DNA of 64,000 bases, taken from Escherichia coli O157 typing phage 15. The notes under the pieces are model-generated. The model was not told the DNA's origin. It was given only the letters and a program-made list of their open reading frames with translations, and searched no databases. Position 1 is the stretch's first letter. The number at the start of each line of letters is the position of its first letter. The stretch lies in the sequence record KP869113, one strand, 5' to 3'. The position numbers and the translations under genes were made by a program. This document shows, piece after piece, positions 35,798-46,061 of the stretch.

Positions 35798-36189
35798 TCA
35801 AACACCACCTGACAAGGAACCTGTTTAGTAATAAATTCTTCGCAGTGTTCTTTAATGAAGTTTTGTAATGGCACACAATCTTGTGCACAAGTCATTAGTA
35901 TAATGTACTCTGGATTCATAATGTTTTCAAGAGTGTAGAAGACAACATCGTTAGATAATTCATGACCGTCTTCTTCAGACCAAGTTCCAGAGACTACAGC
36001 TAATTTGTCAAGCAATTCATTAGGTAACGCTACGCCATCTTCTACGGAATCACTTAGAACGTTGTCGCTGATGTACAATGTGAAGGTCGTATGGAATGTT
36101 GAATATCTTACGTGATTCTTTTCGCAAGAGCCACACTCTGAGGCATAATCTTTAATCCACTCTAACTGTTTTTTGTTCAACTTAATCAT
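35794..36189 (-). CDS. hypothetical protein
   Basis: 131-aa ORF. Confidence 0.45.
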   Translation of the reverse strand: MIKLNKKQLEWIKDYASECGSCEKNHVRYSTFHTTFTLYISDNVLSDSVEDGVALPNELLDKLAVVSGTWSEEDGHELSNDVVFYTLENIMNPEYIILMTCAQDCVPLQNFIKEHCEEFITKQVPCQVVFE

Positions 36190-36386
36190 AATTTCACCTT
36201 AGTTGGCAATGCACTGAATGCTATGACTAACCCTAAAAATGGTTTGAAGCATGACCATAAATCCATCTGACCCTGATATGCGAAACTCCATTGTGGGTCT
36301 GAAAAACCCCATACCATAACACTAACCCCAAAGAAGAAGATTAGAATGTGGAGAATGTATATCAACGCTTTTGATATTTTAAACAT
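36186..36386 (-). CDS. small membrane protein
   Basis: 66-aa hydrophobic ORF. Confidence 0.35.
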   Translation of the reverse strand: MFKISKALIYILHILIFFFGVSVMVWGFSDPQWSFAYQGQMDLWSCFKPFLGLVIAFSALPTKVKL

Positions 36387-36540
36387 TTTAACTTGCCTCT
36401 TAATTCACAATAAGAGAGTCCTAAAAAGAACCCTAGTAAGACAGAACCTATGAACAACCCAATAATACTCTCTGCCATATCTAACATCCAATAAAAAAGG
36501 TGATGTAAGCCTATCAAGACTCACACCACCATGTCAAGTT

Positions 36541-38685
36541 TTACATAGAAACTCTGTCACGAATCTCAGCGATTTTTGCATCGTTCATTCGGGATTCACC
36601 TTTAATCTTAGTCCATCCAAGATACCCACACACCCTGTTAATCACAGAGATATCATGTGAGTGACAAACTTCACATTCTTCAACATCAGCCTTTGGCCTG
36701 TTACCACAATGTTCACAGATTGCTAAGTCAAAGTTAAGTCCCTGATAGAAACCTTTCAACATCCCTCTTGTAATACAGCTCTTAAGTGCTGATAAGTTTT
36801 CTGGGTTAGCTACTCTTACATACTGGATTCTACCGCCTCTACAGATATGGAAGAATGGCTCTTCTAAGTCCTGCTTCTCAAATGGTGAGATGTCTGCTGC
36901 AACATTCATATGGAAACTGTTTGTAAAGTATTCCTTATCGGAAACACCTTTGATAACCCCAAACATATCTCTGAACTGTTTTAGCTGAGTCCCACATAGT
37001 GATTCTGCTGGAGTACCATAGACGGCATATAAGAAGCCATCTTCATTTTTAAACTCTTCGGTTTTCATGTTAATGTATGCCAGAACATCATATGCAAAAC
37101 TATAGCTTCCAACTTCATGAAGTCGTTTACCTTCAGCAAGAACAGACAACTCATCAAGCGCAGTAACACCAAAAGAAGCTGTGAAGGACTTCACAATATC
37201 CCAACCAACCTTGTCAGTAGGTTTCTTAGTTCCTTTGTACAGACCACCTTGTGTGAACGCAAGAGGGTTAGAACTTGCTGGCATATTAGCAATCATTTCG
37301 TAGCGTTTCTTGTGGAAGTTGCGAATCATCTCTAGGTACTTATCAAGCTCTTTCCAGAAATCTAAACCATTCTCTTTAGAGTACTGGTAAATCATTGGCA
37401 AGTTCAAAGATACAGCACCAATGTTAGCACGACCAACGTAAAACTCTTCCCCATCCTCATTAAAATATGGAGATAAGAAGGCTCTGCAACCCATCGGTGA
37501 AATTACCTTACCAGAACGCTCAAAAGCCTCTGCTACAGCACCATGACCAGACACACTTAAGAAATCTGGGTACATTGCTTTAGAGCAACACTCAATAGCT
37601 TTACTGTACAGGTGACCTTGACAGATATTCTCATCATGTCTCTTCTGGTCATAAATATAAACCAGTTTAGGGAATACAACAGGTTTTTTACTCTTGCCTT
37701 GTCCATTCATACGAACATCTAGGAGAGTACTTGCAATCATGTATTGTAGTCGATTATCCTCATTAGACATATCTGAGTCAAGTAAACCAAATGTTAAAGT
37801 TGTGAATGCAAAATCACCACGGCTACAAGGTACGGTATTTAGTTTCATCTCAAGTGACTGAAAACCTTGAGTCAGTTCAATTTGTAACTGCTCCATTACA
37901 TAATTGTGGTAATGCTCTTTAGGAATACCATAAGATGATGCTTTCTCAGCATGATAGCGTAGAGACTTCTTAGCATACGGTACAAGTACCTTATCAATCT
38001 CTGCTAAAGTAAAACCACCAAATTGCTGTGCAGTTGCTGAAAGTACTACGTCACCAATAACCTGCAACGCTGACAGTACAGATTTAGGTTCACAGTACTC
38101 AATGCCGGACATTTCAAAGCCACCTTTTAGTACTTTACCAATGTCAAACAGGCAACAGTTAATACCACCAAAAATCAGGTCTCTCAAATCGTGGATATAG
38201 ATAAAGCCTTTCTCAATGGCTTCAAGTTCCTCTGGTGTTAGATGATACTGTTTAAAGATTTCTTTAGTCAGGTAACCACGGATAATTGAACCTTTCGTAG
38301 AAATTAAACTGCTGTCAAAGTTAGCATTTTCACGGTCACCTAAGAAGAGTGTATCTTTAGTCTTCTGGTAGAGTTCGTCCCAATTTTGAGCAACCTCTTT
38401 ACGGTAATTTCTGTATGTTGAGTAAGACTCATAAATCTCGTGATTGACCTCTGCCAAAGCACCTTCAACAATACTGTGAATATCATTTACCGAGATAAGC
38501 AAATTATTCTGCTTAGTGGACTTTACCAAAATCCTCATAAATGCTGACTCAAGAGCTTGGGTAACATCTGGTGGAAGTTCTTTATATCCAACCCTGTTAG
38601 CTGACTTAGCTACTGCTGCTAAAACTTTTTTGATATCGGGTTCTTCAAGTGAGCCGTTCTTTTTAATAATCTGTACTTTGTTCAT
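36541..38685 (-). CDS. nrdD: anaerobic ribonucleoside-triphosphate reductase (class III)
   Basis: 714-aa ORF; C-terminal Cys cluster CEHCG...CEVCH and glycyl-radical motif NRVCGYLGW. Confidence 0.8.
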   Translation of the reverse strand: MNKVQIIKKNGSLEEPDIKKVLAAVAKSANRVGYKELPPDVTQALESAFMRILVKSTKQNNLLISVNDIHSIVEGALAEVNHEIYESYSTYRNYRKEVAQNWDELYQKTKDTLFLGDRENANFDSSLISTKGSIIRGYLTKEIFKQYHLTPEELEAIEKGFIYIHDLRDLIFGGINCCLFDIGKVLKGGFEMSGIEYCEPKSVLSALQVIGDVVLSATAQQFGGFTLAEIDKVLVPYAKKSLRYHAEKASSYGIPKEHYHNYVMEQLQIELTQGFQSLEMKLNTVPCSRGDFAFTTLTFGLLDSDMSNEDNRLQYMIASTLLDVRMNGQGKSKKPVVFPKLVYIYDQKRHDENICQGHLYSKAIECCSKAMYPDFLSVSGHGAVAEAFERSGKVISPMGCRAFLSPYFNEDGEEFYVGRANIGAVSLNLPMIYQYSKENGLDFWKELDKYLEMIRNFHKKRYEMIANMPASSNPLAFTQGGLYKGTKKPTDKVGWDIVKSFTASFGVTALDELSVLAEGKRLHEVGSYSFAYDVLAYINMKTEEFKNEDGFLYAVYGTPAESLCGTQLKQFRDMFGVIKGVSDKEYFTNSFHMNVAADISPFEKQDLEEPFFHICRGGRIQYVRVANPENLSALKSCITRGMLKGFYQGLNFDLAICEHCGNRPKADVEECEVCHSHDISVINRVCGYLGWTKIKGESRMNDAKIAEIRDRVSM

Positions 38686-38703
38686 TATTGCCCCTTTACA
38701 TGC

Positions 38704-38730
38704 TAAAAAGGTCTCCGAAGAGACCCTTTC
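38704..38730 (-). terminator. rho-independent terminator (minus strand)
   Basis: ggtctc-cgaa-gagacc stem; A run on plus strand. Confidence 0.5.
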
Positions 38731-38733
38731 ATT

Positions 38734-38940
38734 TTAAATCTTTTTAGAAAACTTAGAAACGAGTTTTCTAAGTTTTTCAGTGATGCCTAACTGTATCTCT
38801 AATATTTCAAAGATAACCCATAGTAACATGGCCCCAAACAATGAACCTTGTTCAAAATCAGTAAATAGGTTAACAATCAGCATACCAATCACAATAGCTG
38901 GTGCATCAACAACCAAACCTTCCCAAATGCGTTTAAGCAT
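38734..38940 (-). CDS. small membrane protein
   Basis: 68-aa ORF with hydrophobic segments. Confidence 0.35.
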   Translation of the reverse strand: MLKRIWEGLVVDAPAIVIGMLIVNLFTDFEQGSLFGAMLLWVIFEILEIQLGITEKLRKLVSKFSKKI

Positions 38941-39175
38941 TATTCACCTCTGCCATAAAATTCTGTAGCGTCCCAACAGGCTTTAGGTTTTGTCCATCAG
39001 TTTTCATGATGAATGGCATCTGACGAACTGGCATCTGTGCAATATCCATCAGGTCTGACAGTTCATAATCCTGCCCTAACATTCTCACAACATGGTCAAT
39101 ACCACGAGTTTTTGCAAAATTCTTTGCAGTCTCACACTGAGGGCATCCAGTTTTGGAGTAAATCACATAAGTCAT
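38933..39175 (-). CDS. glutaredoxin-like protein (NrdH-type)
   Basis: 80-aa ORF with CPQC redox motif; adjacent to nrdB. Confidence 0.65.
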   Translation of the reverse strand: MTYVIYSKTGCPQCETAKNFAKTRGIDHVVRMLGQDYELSDLMDIAQMPVRQMPFIMKTDGQNLKPVGTLQNFMAEVNNA

Positions 39176-40248
39176 TAAGGAACCTCTAAAAATCCACTAT
39201 TCAAATCATCTACAACAGTATTCAACAGGTACGCACCGTTCTGTTGCTCCTGATTAGCATTCTGCTCTTTATCAATTTCCATCTTCTTAATCATATACTT
39301 CAAAGGTGGTTCTTTAGGAGCTACAAAATCTCTGGGAATACCAAACATATCATACAGTGGGGCAGCATTATAGTAAACCCACTCATGAAGAAGTTTTGTA
39401 TTTAACCCAACTACAGCACGTCCTTCAGAGAAGATATAATACGACCATTTCTCTTCACTTTCAACTACTTCATCTAAGATTACTTTAATCTCTGGAAGAA
39501 TTTGTTGAAAAGCTTTCTGCCACTCATCATCTCTTAAAGTTTCTTTTAAAACTTCAATATCAATTTTAGTGTGAAGGATTTCGTCAAGCATAATTTTCTG
39601 GACAGCTTGAGCAATACCCTGAAATTTATCTTGAGCATCAAGTGCAAAAGTACATGCAAAGGATGCCATAAAAGATATACCTTCAAGTGCAGTCACTGCA
39701 AACAGCCCTTTCAGAATCACTTTATGGAAGTGTAAAGGGTCTTTGTCAAGAAGTGAATCACGGACATAACTCAGGCGATAGTTTATACCTTCATCCAGTA
39801 ATTCTTCAAGAACACGATTCACAGTTTTTAATCGGTCTTGTACAGCAACATTCTGGTTAATCTCATCTAAGATTGTTTCAGGGTTTTTAATACATTGCCT
39901 TACAATCTCTGAGTAAGTAAGAGCATGTAGGTTTTCAATCTCAGACTGCTTCATAATTGCAGTTGCATAGATGTCATCAGAGATGAATGGTGCAAAGGCG
40001 AATGCCAAGCTCTTAGCAACTTGGGTATCTGCTTCCCACTGCCACTTAAGAATCTCAAGCATTACACCTGACATTGATGCTGGCACACTCTCAAAATCAA
40101 GACGTGATTGTTCAAAAGGAAACTCATCTTCTGACCAGTCTTGCGCTTTTTGTTGTTTATATAGCTCAAAGATTTTTGGGTAGTGCTTATTAAGTGAGTC
40201 AAATGTCTTTCTCTCACCACCTAAAAAGATTGGGTGTTGGTTAATCAT
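39175..40248 (-). CDS. nrdB: ribonucleotide reductase class Ia small subunit
   Basis: ferritin-like di-iron protein; start trimmed to MINQHPIF so it abuts the upstream gene. Confidence 0.75.
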   Translation of the reverse strand: MINQHPIFLGGERKTFDSLNKHYPKIFELYKQQKAQDWSEDEFPFEQSRLDFESVPASMSGVMLEILKWQWEADTQVAKSLAFAFAPFISDDIYATAIMKQSEIENLHALTYSEIVRQCIKNPETILDEINQNVAVQDRLKTVNRVLEELLDEGINYRLSYVRDSLLDKDPLHFHKVILKGLFAVTALEGISFMASFACTFALDAQDKFQGIAQAVQKIMLDEILHTKIDIEVLKETLRDDEWQKAFQQILPEIKVILDEVVESEEKWSYYIFSEGRAVVGLNTKLLHEWVYYNAAPLYDMFGIPRDFVAPKEPPLKYMIKKMEIDKEQNANQEQQNGAYLLNTVVDDLNSGFLEVP

Positions 40249-40586
40249 AGTGTGATTTCTCCTTTCTTTATCATTTCTAAGGCTTGTTTTCGGTCTAGAA
40301 CTTCCCAATTTTCTTCATTGAACATTTCATATGGTCTTGCATAGATTTTACCATCTGCTGTAGAGATGTATGACACACCATCAACCCATGAGTCATCATT
40401 TTGTTTTATCATCATATCTGTGCTACTTACATAGTACAACGTTTTCCGAGGTTTGTAGAGCAGATAAATTGGCCACTCATGATTTGCTATTAAGTCCTTC
40501 ATACTCTCTCCAAAGTTATTTTTAGAGGGTCTTTTACGACCCTCATAGTTGTTAAAACTAAACACCGCAGCCCTCGCAATAAGCAT
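40245..40586 (-). CDS. hypothetical protein between nrdA and nrdB
   Basis: 113-aa ORF. Confidence 0.4.
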   Translation of the reverse strand: MLIARAAVFSFNNYEGRKRPSKNNFGESMKDLIANHEWPIYLLYKPRKTLYYVSSTDMMIKQNDDSWVDGVSYISTADGKIYARPYEMFNEENWEVLDRKQALEMIKKGEITL

Positions 40587-42792
40587 CTTGCAGTGCAGAT
40601 TTACCTACACCAATGCGACTGTTAAGGTAGTACATGGTTTTCATACCTACCGAGTTGGCATAAATCATGTACTTCAGAGCTTGAGCCAATGATACCTTCT
40701 TAGACTTTGCATAGTCAACATAGAAGTCTGAAGAGATAGCTTGACCAGTGAACTTTTGAACAATTGCATAACAATCAATCATATCAAAGGTGTCAATATC
40801 CCAAGCAATTTCATAGACATACTTCAACTCTTCATAATCTGGAACAATAAACAGTACGTTACCAGTTGCAGACTTTTTAGTTAAAATAAAGTCACGAATT
40901 GGGTACAAGCCATTTGTCGTATTAGTTGCTAGTGAAGAACTCTCATTAGGCATGTAAGCTTCTAATACAGAGTTTCGGATTCCACCATTCTCTTTGATAC
41001 GTTGTGCTAAGTCATCCCAATCATATCGTAGTTTCGCATCATGCTTTTCATCAATCTTCTTGTTAGCTGTCTTTGGAGGAACCCACCCTTCAGGATACTT
41101 AGTGAACTTCATATACTCAGGTACACCACGTTCTTTAGCAAGTCTCAAAGAAGCTTCGTGTAAGTAGTAAGAGTGCATTTCAGCAAGCTCATGAAGCTTC
41201 GTCTTACCTGCTCTTGAAGAATAGTTCACGTAGTTCTTCGCAAGGTAATGAGCCACATTTGTAAGGCCAATCCCAACAGAACGACGCTTCTGAACATGGT
41301 TACGCATCGACGGATACGGATAATCCATAAGGTCAATAACGGAGTCAACCATTGCAAGAGCATAATAAGCAACGTCAGCGTATTCATCTTCTGAAATTCT
41401 CCCTGCAACCAAACTAGCTAGGAAGCAAAGAGCTACCTCACCATCCTCTTTCACAGCATCGTCTCTGTAAAGGTCTGTCTCTTTCTCAAAACCATACACT
41501 GGCAATACAATTTCCATACAAAGATTTGACATCTTCAATGGTTCTTTAAATGGTGTATGTGTGTTTGCATTGTTAGTGAAGAATGGATACACACGACCTG
41601 TAGCATAACGCTGTTGAATAAACAGCTTAGCAATTTCACGAGCCTTGACTCGTCTGTGTTTAACACCTGAATGTACTGCATGACCAACTGCCATAGCAAA
41701 CTCATCAGCAGATGCTGTGTAGAACATGTCATAGAGTTTTGGTGCATCTTTGTAAGAGAATAGCAACCAATCTGTATCATACTGAACACACTGCCAGAAA
41801 TAATCGTTTGTACCGAATGAGTAGTCCATCTCATTAATACGTTTAGAAGGAACCGTTGTAGGGTGCTTCAAACGCAGTAAATCTTCAATCTGCGGGTCTA
41901 GAGCAGTGTAGAAGTTATTAGCTGAACCACCACGACTCTTCTGTTTGTTTGCCTCTACAGATGAACGTACAAGCTTGTAATAAGGTAGCTTACCCATGTG
42001 CTCAATCGTATTTTGACGGATACCATCACCAATAGTGCGAGTCTCCATCAGCATACCAATACCAGCTTGCTTTGTAGTCATATCATAAGCAACCTTTGCA
42101 GCAATACCAAGTGATTCAGCAGTATCATTTGCCTTAATCAAACAGCATGACGCATAGCCTGATTTAGTTGCTCTTAAACCGTTTAAATAAGGCGTAGGAG
42201 CGTTAATCTTCAGGTCAGATAGGTAAGTGTACAGCTTGATAACATCTTGTAGTCTACGGTGCTTTGGTTGCTTCTCAAAGGCTTTCATAGCCATGCCCAT
42301 AAACATAAATTGTGGTGACTCAAAAAGTCTTCCAGTTTTAATATCACGGATACCATACTTGTCTCTGAACTGTTTCAATACTGCATAGCCGTAAGAGATA
42401 TCTTTTGAGTGTACGATGTAACCTTGCAGATATTCAAGCTCTTCCTGTGAATAATCCATCTTCTCCCAAAGTCCTGCTCTCTCCATATTTTTAACGAAGG
42501 TAATCAGCGTAGGAACCTTAGTAAAGCCTCCAAAGGCTTCTTTGTAGATAATACCCAGAAGTAGCCGTCCAGCCATATCTGAGTACTCTTGAGTTTGTTT
42601 ATCAACACAAACATCAATCATGGCTTGGTGCATCTCTTTTGTGGTGCAACCTTCATAGACACGTTTCATAGCTTCCATAGTGACTTCTGACCAGATAATT
42701 CCACGCTTGTCTGCCCATGATGCCCACTTATTCAGTCTTTCTGGGTCAAAGCTTACTACTGTGCCGTTTGATTTTTTAATTGTCTTAATCAT
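40558..42792 (-). CDS. nrdA: ribonucleotide reductase class Ia large subunit
   Basis: 744-aa ORF; N-terminal ATP-cone-like region, active-site NLCMEI block, C-terminal CEGCGV. Confidence 0.8.
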   Translation of the reverse strand: MIKTIKKSNGTVVSFDPERLNKWASWADKRGIIWSEVTMEAMKRVYEGCTTKEMHQAMIDVCVDKQTQEYSDMAGRLLLGIIYKEAFGGFTKVPTLITFVKNMERAGLWEKMDYSQEELEYLQGYIVHSKDISYGYAVLKQFRDKYGIRDIKTGRLFESPQFMFMGMAMKAFEKQPKHRRLQDVIKLYTYLSDLKINAPTPYLNGLRATKSGYASCCLIKANDTAESLGIAAKVAYDMTTKQAGIGMLMETRTIGDGIRQNTIEHMGKLPYYKLVRSSVEANKQKSRGGSANNFYTALDPQIEDLLRLKHPTTVPSKRINEMDYSFGTNDYFWQCVQYDTDWLLFSYKDAPKLYDMFYTASADEFAMAVGHAVHSGVKHRRVKAREIAKLFIQQRYATGRVYPFFTNNANTHTPFKEPLKMSNLCMEIVLPVYGFEKETDLYRDDAVKEDGEVALCFLASLVAGRISEDEYADVAYYALAMVDSVIDLMDYPYPSMRNHVQKRRSVGIGLTNVAHYLAKNYVNYSSRAGKTKLHELAEMHSYYLHEASLRLAKERGVPEYMKFTKYPEGWVPPKTANKKIDEKHDAKLRYDWDDLAQRIKENGGIRNSVLEAYMPNESSSLATNTTNGLYPIRDFILTKKSATGNVLFIVPDYEELKYVYEIAWDIDTFDMIDCYAIVQKFTGQAISSDFYVDYAKSKKVSLAQALKYMIYANSVGMKTMYYLNSRIGVGKSALQDAYCEGCGV

Positions 42793-42804
42793 TTTTAAAT
42801 CCTA

Positions 42805-42832
42805 CAGATGAAAAGAGCCTCCGAAGAGGCTC
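42805..42832 (-). terminator. rho-independent terminator (minus strand)
   Basis: gagcctc-cgaa-gaggctc stem; A run on plus strand. Confidence 0.5.
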
Positions 42833-42838
42833 CCTAGT

Positions 42839-43174
42839 TTAAATCTTGAAAATTTGCTCATTCTGCCACATATCGTAAAACTTATCACTTACCTTTGTGA
42901 CTGAAGAGGTGTGCATACAATTCAGGAACCATGATGGTGTACTATCATCCATAATTGTTTCAAGTTTTTGTGTGACATTCACATCCATGTCTGCAACAAC
43001 GTAATTGCCTCGCATTTTGCAAACAATTCTTCCAAACAAGATTGCGCTTCTGCCTCTTCGGTCGTCACAGTACATAACTGTGTCACCGTGCTTAACATCT
43101 TGTCCGATACTATCAACACCTAATTTAGCACCTGAGATAATGTCATCATAAGATAGCTTTTTTGCTTTAGACAC
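42839..43174 (-). CDS. hypothetical protein
   Basis: 111-aa ORF. Confidence 0.45.
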   Translation of the reverse strand: MSKAKKLSYDDIISGAKLGVDSIGQDVKHGDTVMYCDDRRGRSAILFGRIVCKMRGNYVVADMDVNVTQKLETIMDDSTPSWFLNCMHTSSVTKVSDKFYDMWQNEQIFKI

Positions 43175-43499
43175 GGTATTTCTCCAAGTTTCTTTTTAGA
43201 TATAACCAACCATAGTCAGTTCTTTCTACACCCATGAATAGTGGAGCCATTACAACTTTACCAAAAGTATTCCTGTGTTGGCAGATTTCAAAAGAATATT
43301 CTTTCTCAATATCAATCCCGTATTTGTACAGGACTGCTTTTAAAACTTGTTCATTGTCCAGAAGTGTATCTGGAGTCTCACCATATTTTTCTAGTAACGG
43401 GTCATTCATAAACACCGTCATAGAAATATTGTAGTTTGAGAAGTGGCTCTTCTGAGCCACACCTTCTTTATTAATGTTCTGTGAATCCATTATAACCAA
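43167..43499 (-). CDS. hypothetical protein
   Basis: 110-aa ORF. Confidence 0.45.
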   Translation of the reverse strand: MVIMDSQNINKEGVAQKSHFSNYNISMTVFMNDPLLEKYGETPDTLLDNEQVLKAVLYKYGIDIEKEYSFEICQHRNTFGKVVMAPLFMGVERTDYGWLYLKRNLEKYRV

Positions 43500-44226
43500 C
43501 CCCTTTTAACCAGCACTTCAGGTTATTAGCATCATAATTCAGTTTCGGGTATGAGGTTACATGGAACTGCTCACCATCATAGTAGACAATATCTGCAATC
43601 CATAGTCCGTTCTCTTTACAGAAATCTTTATCTGCTTTAGAGGTAATTGGATTAACTTCTACAAAACCATCTACACCCAAATCCTTTAAGCTACCTACAA
43701 TACCTTTGCAGATAACGCATGTCTCAGATACTACCACAAAAAGTTCTTGGCTTTCAAGTTCTACAATGTATTCACCAAGCTGTACTTTTGGGAGATTCGA
43801 TTGCTTCATAATCTTCCCATCGGCTACACGAACAATTGCGTACCACTCTTTACCATCAACTACTGACATTCTGACAATACAATCTTGACCAGTACGCTTC
43901 TCAATATCTGCAAGACGTTTTAAAGCTTCTTCATAATCGTCTGTGTATTTCAGGTCATTATTATGGCAAACAGCTTTCATAGCACCGTTATGGTCATGTT
44001 GTGACAGGTAAATCAAACCGTCAAGAACATATTGCAAATCTGCCTGAGCATCCAGTGTCTCAATGGGGTCTTTCTCTTCAATCGCTTTTACAAGCTCTTT
44101 TGCTTCTTCAAGCATACACAGAGATTGAGATTTCAAAGACTCCCAATACTCATTACTGTATGGTTGTTTTTGAGTTTTTCCGCAACGAAGATTCCAGTTT
44201 TTTACTGATTCTCTTGAGTTAAACAT
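43471..44226 (-). CDS. hypothetical protein, possible MazG-like N-terminal domain
   Basis: 251-aa ORF; acidic helical N-terminus EAKELVKAIEEKDPIETLDAQADLQYVL. Confidence 0.4.
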   Translation of the reverse strand: MFNSRESVKNWNLRCGKTQKQPYSNEYWESLKSQSLCMLEEAKELVKAIEEKDPIETLDAQADLQYVLDGLIYLSQHDHNGAMKAVCHNNDLKYTDDYEEALKRLADIEKRTGQDCIVRMSVVDGKEWYAIVRVADGKIMKQSNLPKVQLGEYIVELESQELFVVVSETCVICKGIVGSLKDLGVDGFVEVNPITSKADKDFCKENGLWIADIVYYDGEQFHVTSYPKLNYDANNLKCWLKGVGYNGFTEH

Positions 44227-44465
44227 TTGGACTCCTTAAAATATCTGTTAACCTTTAGCTCTCGTGTTTCAATATATTCCAGATGTTCACGTAGCTCTTG
44301 GCGTTTAAGCATTAGGTGCTGCATTTGAGATTCAACAGCTTCAACTTCTTTAATTATCGACTCTCTAGCATTTGCAAGAATGCGCTCAAGTTCTTCAATC
44401 TTACTGTCAACTTTTGCTACATGACTCACAGCTTTGCTTTTATTAAACATTTTATTCTCTCTCAA
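44202..44465 (-). CDS. hypothetical coiled-coil protein
   Basis: 87-aa ORF. Confidence 0.4.
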   Translation of the reverse strand: MRENKMFNKSKAVSHVAKVDSKIEELERILANARESIIKEVEAVESQMQHLMLKRQELREHLEYIETRELKVNRYFKESKCLTQENQ

Positions 44466-44471
44466 TAGTTA

Positions 44472-44969
44472 TCAAGCACAGTTTGCTTTCATTACCTTAT
44501 GGATTCTTTTTTCAGCATCTTCATAAGTTTCTTTAGTAATAAACTTAATTGCTGCAATATTGGCATTGTAGAAGAGTCTGAGCTTAGAGTCAATCCTTTT
44601 TGTCATTACATCGAATTTATGTTGAAGATTTGCTTCACCATAGACTAGGCCACCTTTTGTGTAGTAGGTCTGAATAATGTAAAAGTCAAAAAATTCTTTT
44701 CCAAAGCTCTCAATATCTTTTTTAATATACTCAGAAGAAGTTTCATAAGTCATCCAATCACTCTCCTTAGTGACTACCTTCTTCCGAGTCTTGCCAGCAA
44801 CTTTTCTTTTAGTCACACTATTAAGCTGTTTCTTTCCGATATAATATTGTCCGGTTTTCTTACAGTGTACTAAATAGACAAAACCAAAATGTTTAGTGGG
44901 GTCAACTTCCCCACATAAAGACACCCAATGACCATAGGTGGGGCAATTGCCAAATCCTTTAATCTTCAT
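44472..44969 (-). CDS. hypothetical protein, possible GIY-YIG-like nuclease
   Basis: FVYLVHCKKTGQYYIGK resembles the GIY...YIG motif. Confidence 0.4.
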   Translation of the reverse strand: MKIKGFGNCPTYGHWVSLCGEVDPTKHFGFVYLVHCKKTGQYYIGKKQLNSVTKRKVAGKTRKKVVTKESDWMTYETSSEYIKKDIESFGKEFFDFYIIQTYYTKGGLVYGEANLQHKFDVMTKRIDSKLRLFYNANIAAIKFITKETYEDAEKRIHKVMKANCA

Positions 44970-45999
44970 TCATACACGGCTCCCAATTATATTTCTTAAA
45001 AGAGAAATTATCTTTTGGATTTCTTTCTTGATAAGCTATCCAGAAATGCTGTTCCATTAGCTCTAACGGTGTCTTTGTAACTGTCTGTCCATCCCATGAT
45101 ACATAGGTGTAAGAGTCTTTTTTAGCATAGAGTTCATAGATAGCATCAAGACACTCTTTGTAGGTCTCTTTACCATCTAAAGCATTCATCACAGCCACTT
45201 TACCAGCACCTTTAAGTCCGAAGTAGTTGTCTGCATTATCTCCAGCAACAGCCTGATAGCACAAGAATTTAAAACCTACACCAACTGTTTTTGCAGCTTT
45301 TGGTTTTGATTTGATAGGACAATCCCAGATATCACCAACATTATTATCAGCAATAAAGATTAGTGGTGATTTTTCATAAGTCATATCAATACAATAAGTT
45401 CCTTCAGCTTGTCGAAGGTCTTTGTCAATACTCATAAGAGCAGCCTTCTTACCCATCTTTTCAGCTTTAGCAATTACGATTGAATCGGCTTCGAAGCCCC
45501 CCTTTAAGAGCTTGAACTCTGGTCTGGATAAAAGGTATTCACGACAAGCGACTAAGTGTGTTGGTGTGACAGCATCTTTACGATTACCTTGATATTGGTG
45601 CTCAAGACCTTTAATGTCTTTATGTTTATGCACACCCTTCTCTGTTAAATAACCTACCCAAGTTCTTTCTTTACCAACAATCTTAAGCCATTCCTGAAGC
45701 ACCTGTTGAGTAGCCATGATAGCTTCTTTTTCACTCTTAGCTTCTTTCCAAGTTTGTCTTTCCCATTCATCTTCCTCAAATGTCAGGCCAAGCTCTTCCA
45801 CAAGGATTCTCTGGTCTGCTAACCATCTTGCAGCATCTTTCGCATTATCAAATGGTTCAGACTCTTCTGCTGTGAGTTTATTAACGTATTTATACTTTGC
45901 TTTCTCAACTACACAAGCACCTTTATAGGCAATACTGTCAGAGTCAATAAAGACATGTGTAACTGAATCGGGAAGCTTTGTTAATGTGTACTTCTCCAT
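44959..45999 (-). CDS. 5'-3' exonuclease / flap endonuclease
   Basis: 346-aa ORF; N-terminal VFIDSDSIAYKG resembles the FEN LxDGxxLAYR motif; acidic clusters. Confidence 0.55.
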   Translation of the reverse strand: MEKYTLTKLPDSVTHVFIDSDSIAYKGACVVEKAKYKYVNKLTAEESEPFDNAKDAARWLADQRILVEELGLTFEEDEWERQTWKEAKSEKEAIMATQQVLQEWLKIVGKERTWVGYLTEKGVHKHKDIKGLEHQYQGNRKDAVTPTHLVACREYLLSRPEFKLLKGGFEADSIVIAKAEKMGKKAALMSIDKDLRQAEGTYCIDMTYEKSPLIFIADNNVGDIWDCPIKSKPKAAKTVGVGFKFLCYQAVAGDNADNYFGLKGAGKVAVMNALDGKETYKECLDAIYELYAKKDSYTYVSWDGQTVTKTPLELMEQHFWIAYQERNPKDNFSFKKYNWEPCMNED

Positions 46000-46017
46000 T
46001 ATGGCTCTCCATATGAA

Positions 46018-46046
46018 AAAGCCCCATACTAAGTACAGGGCTTTAA
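46018..46046 (-). terminator. terminator-like hairpin (minus strand)
   Basis: agcccc...ggggct hairpin with A run on plus strand. Confidence 0.35.
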
Positions 46047-46061
46047 AGTAACTTTTAGAGA

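Noticed and set aside
41226-41834. ORFs 41226..41408 and 41535..41834 in another frame of nrdA
   Set aside because: Nested within the ribonucleotide reductase large subunit gene; frame-shadow ORFs.
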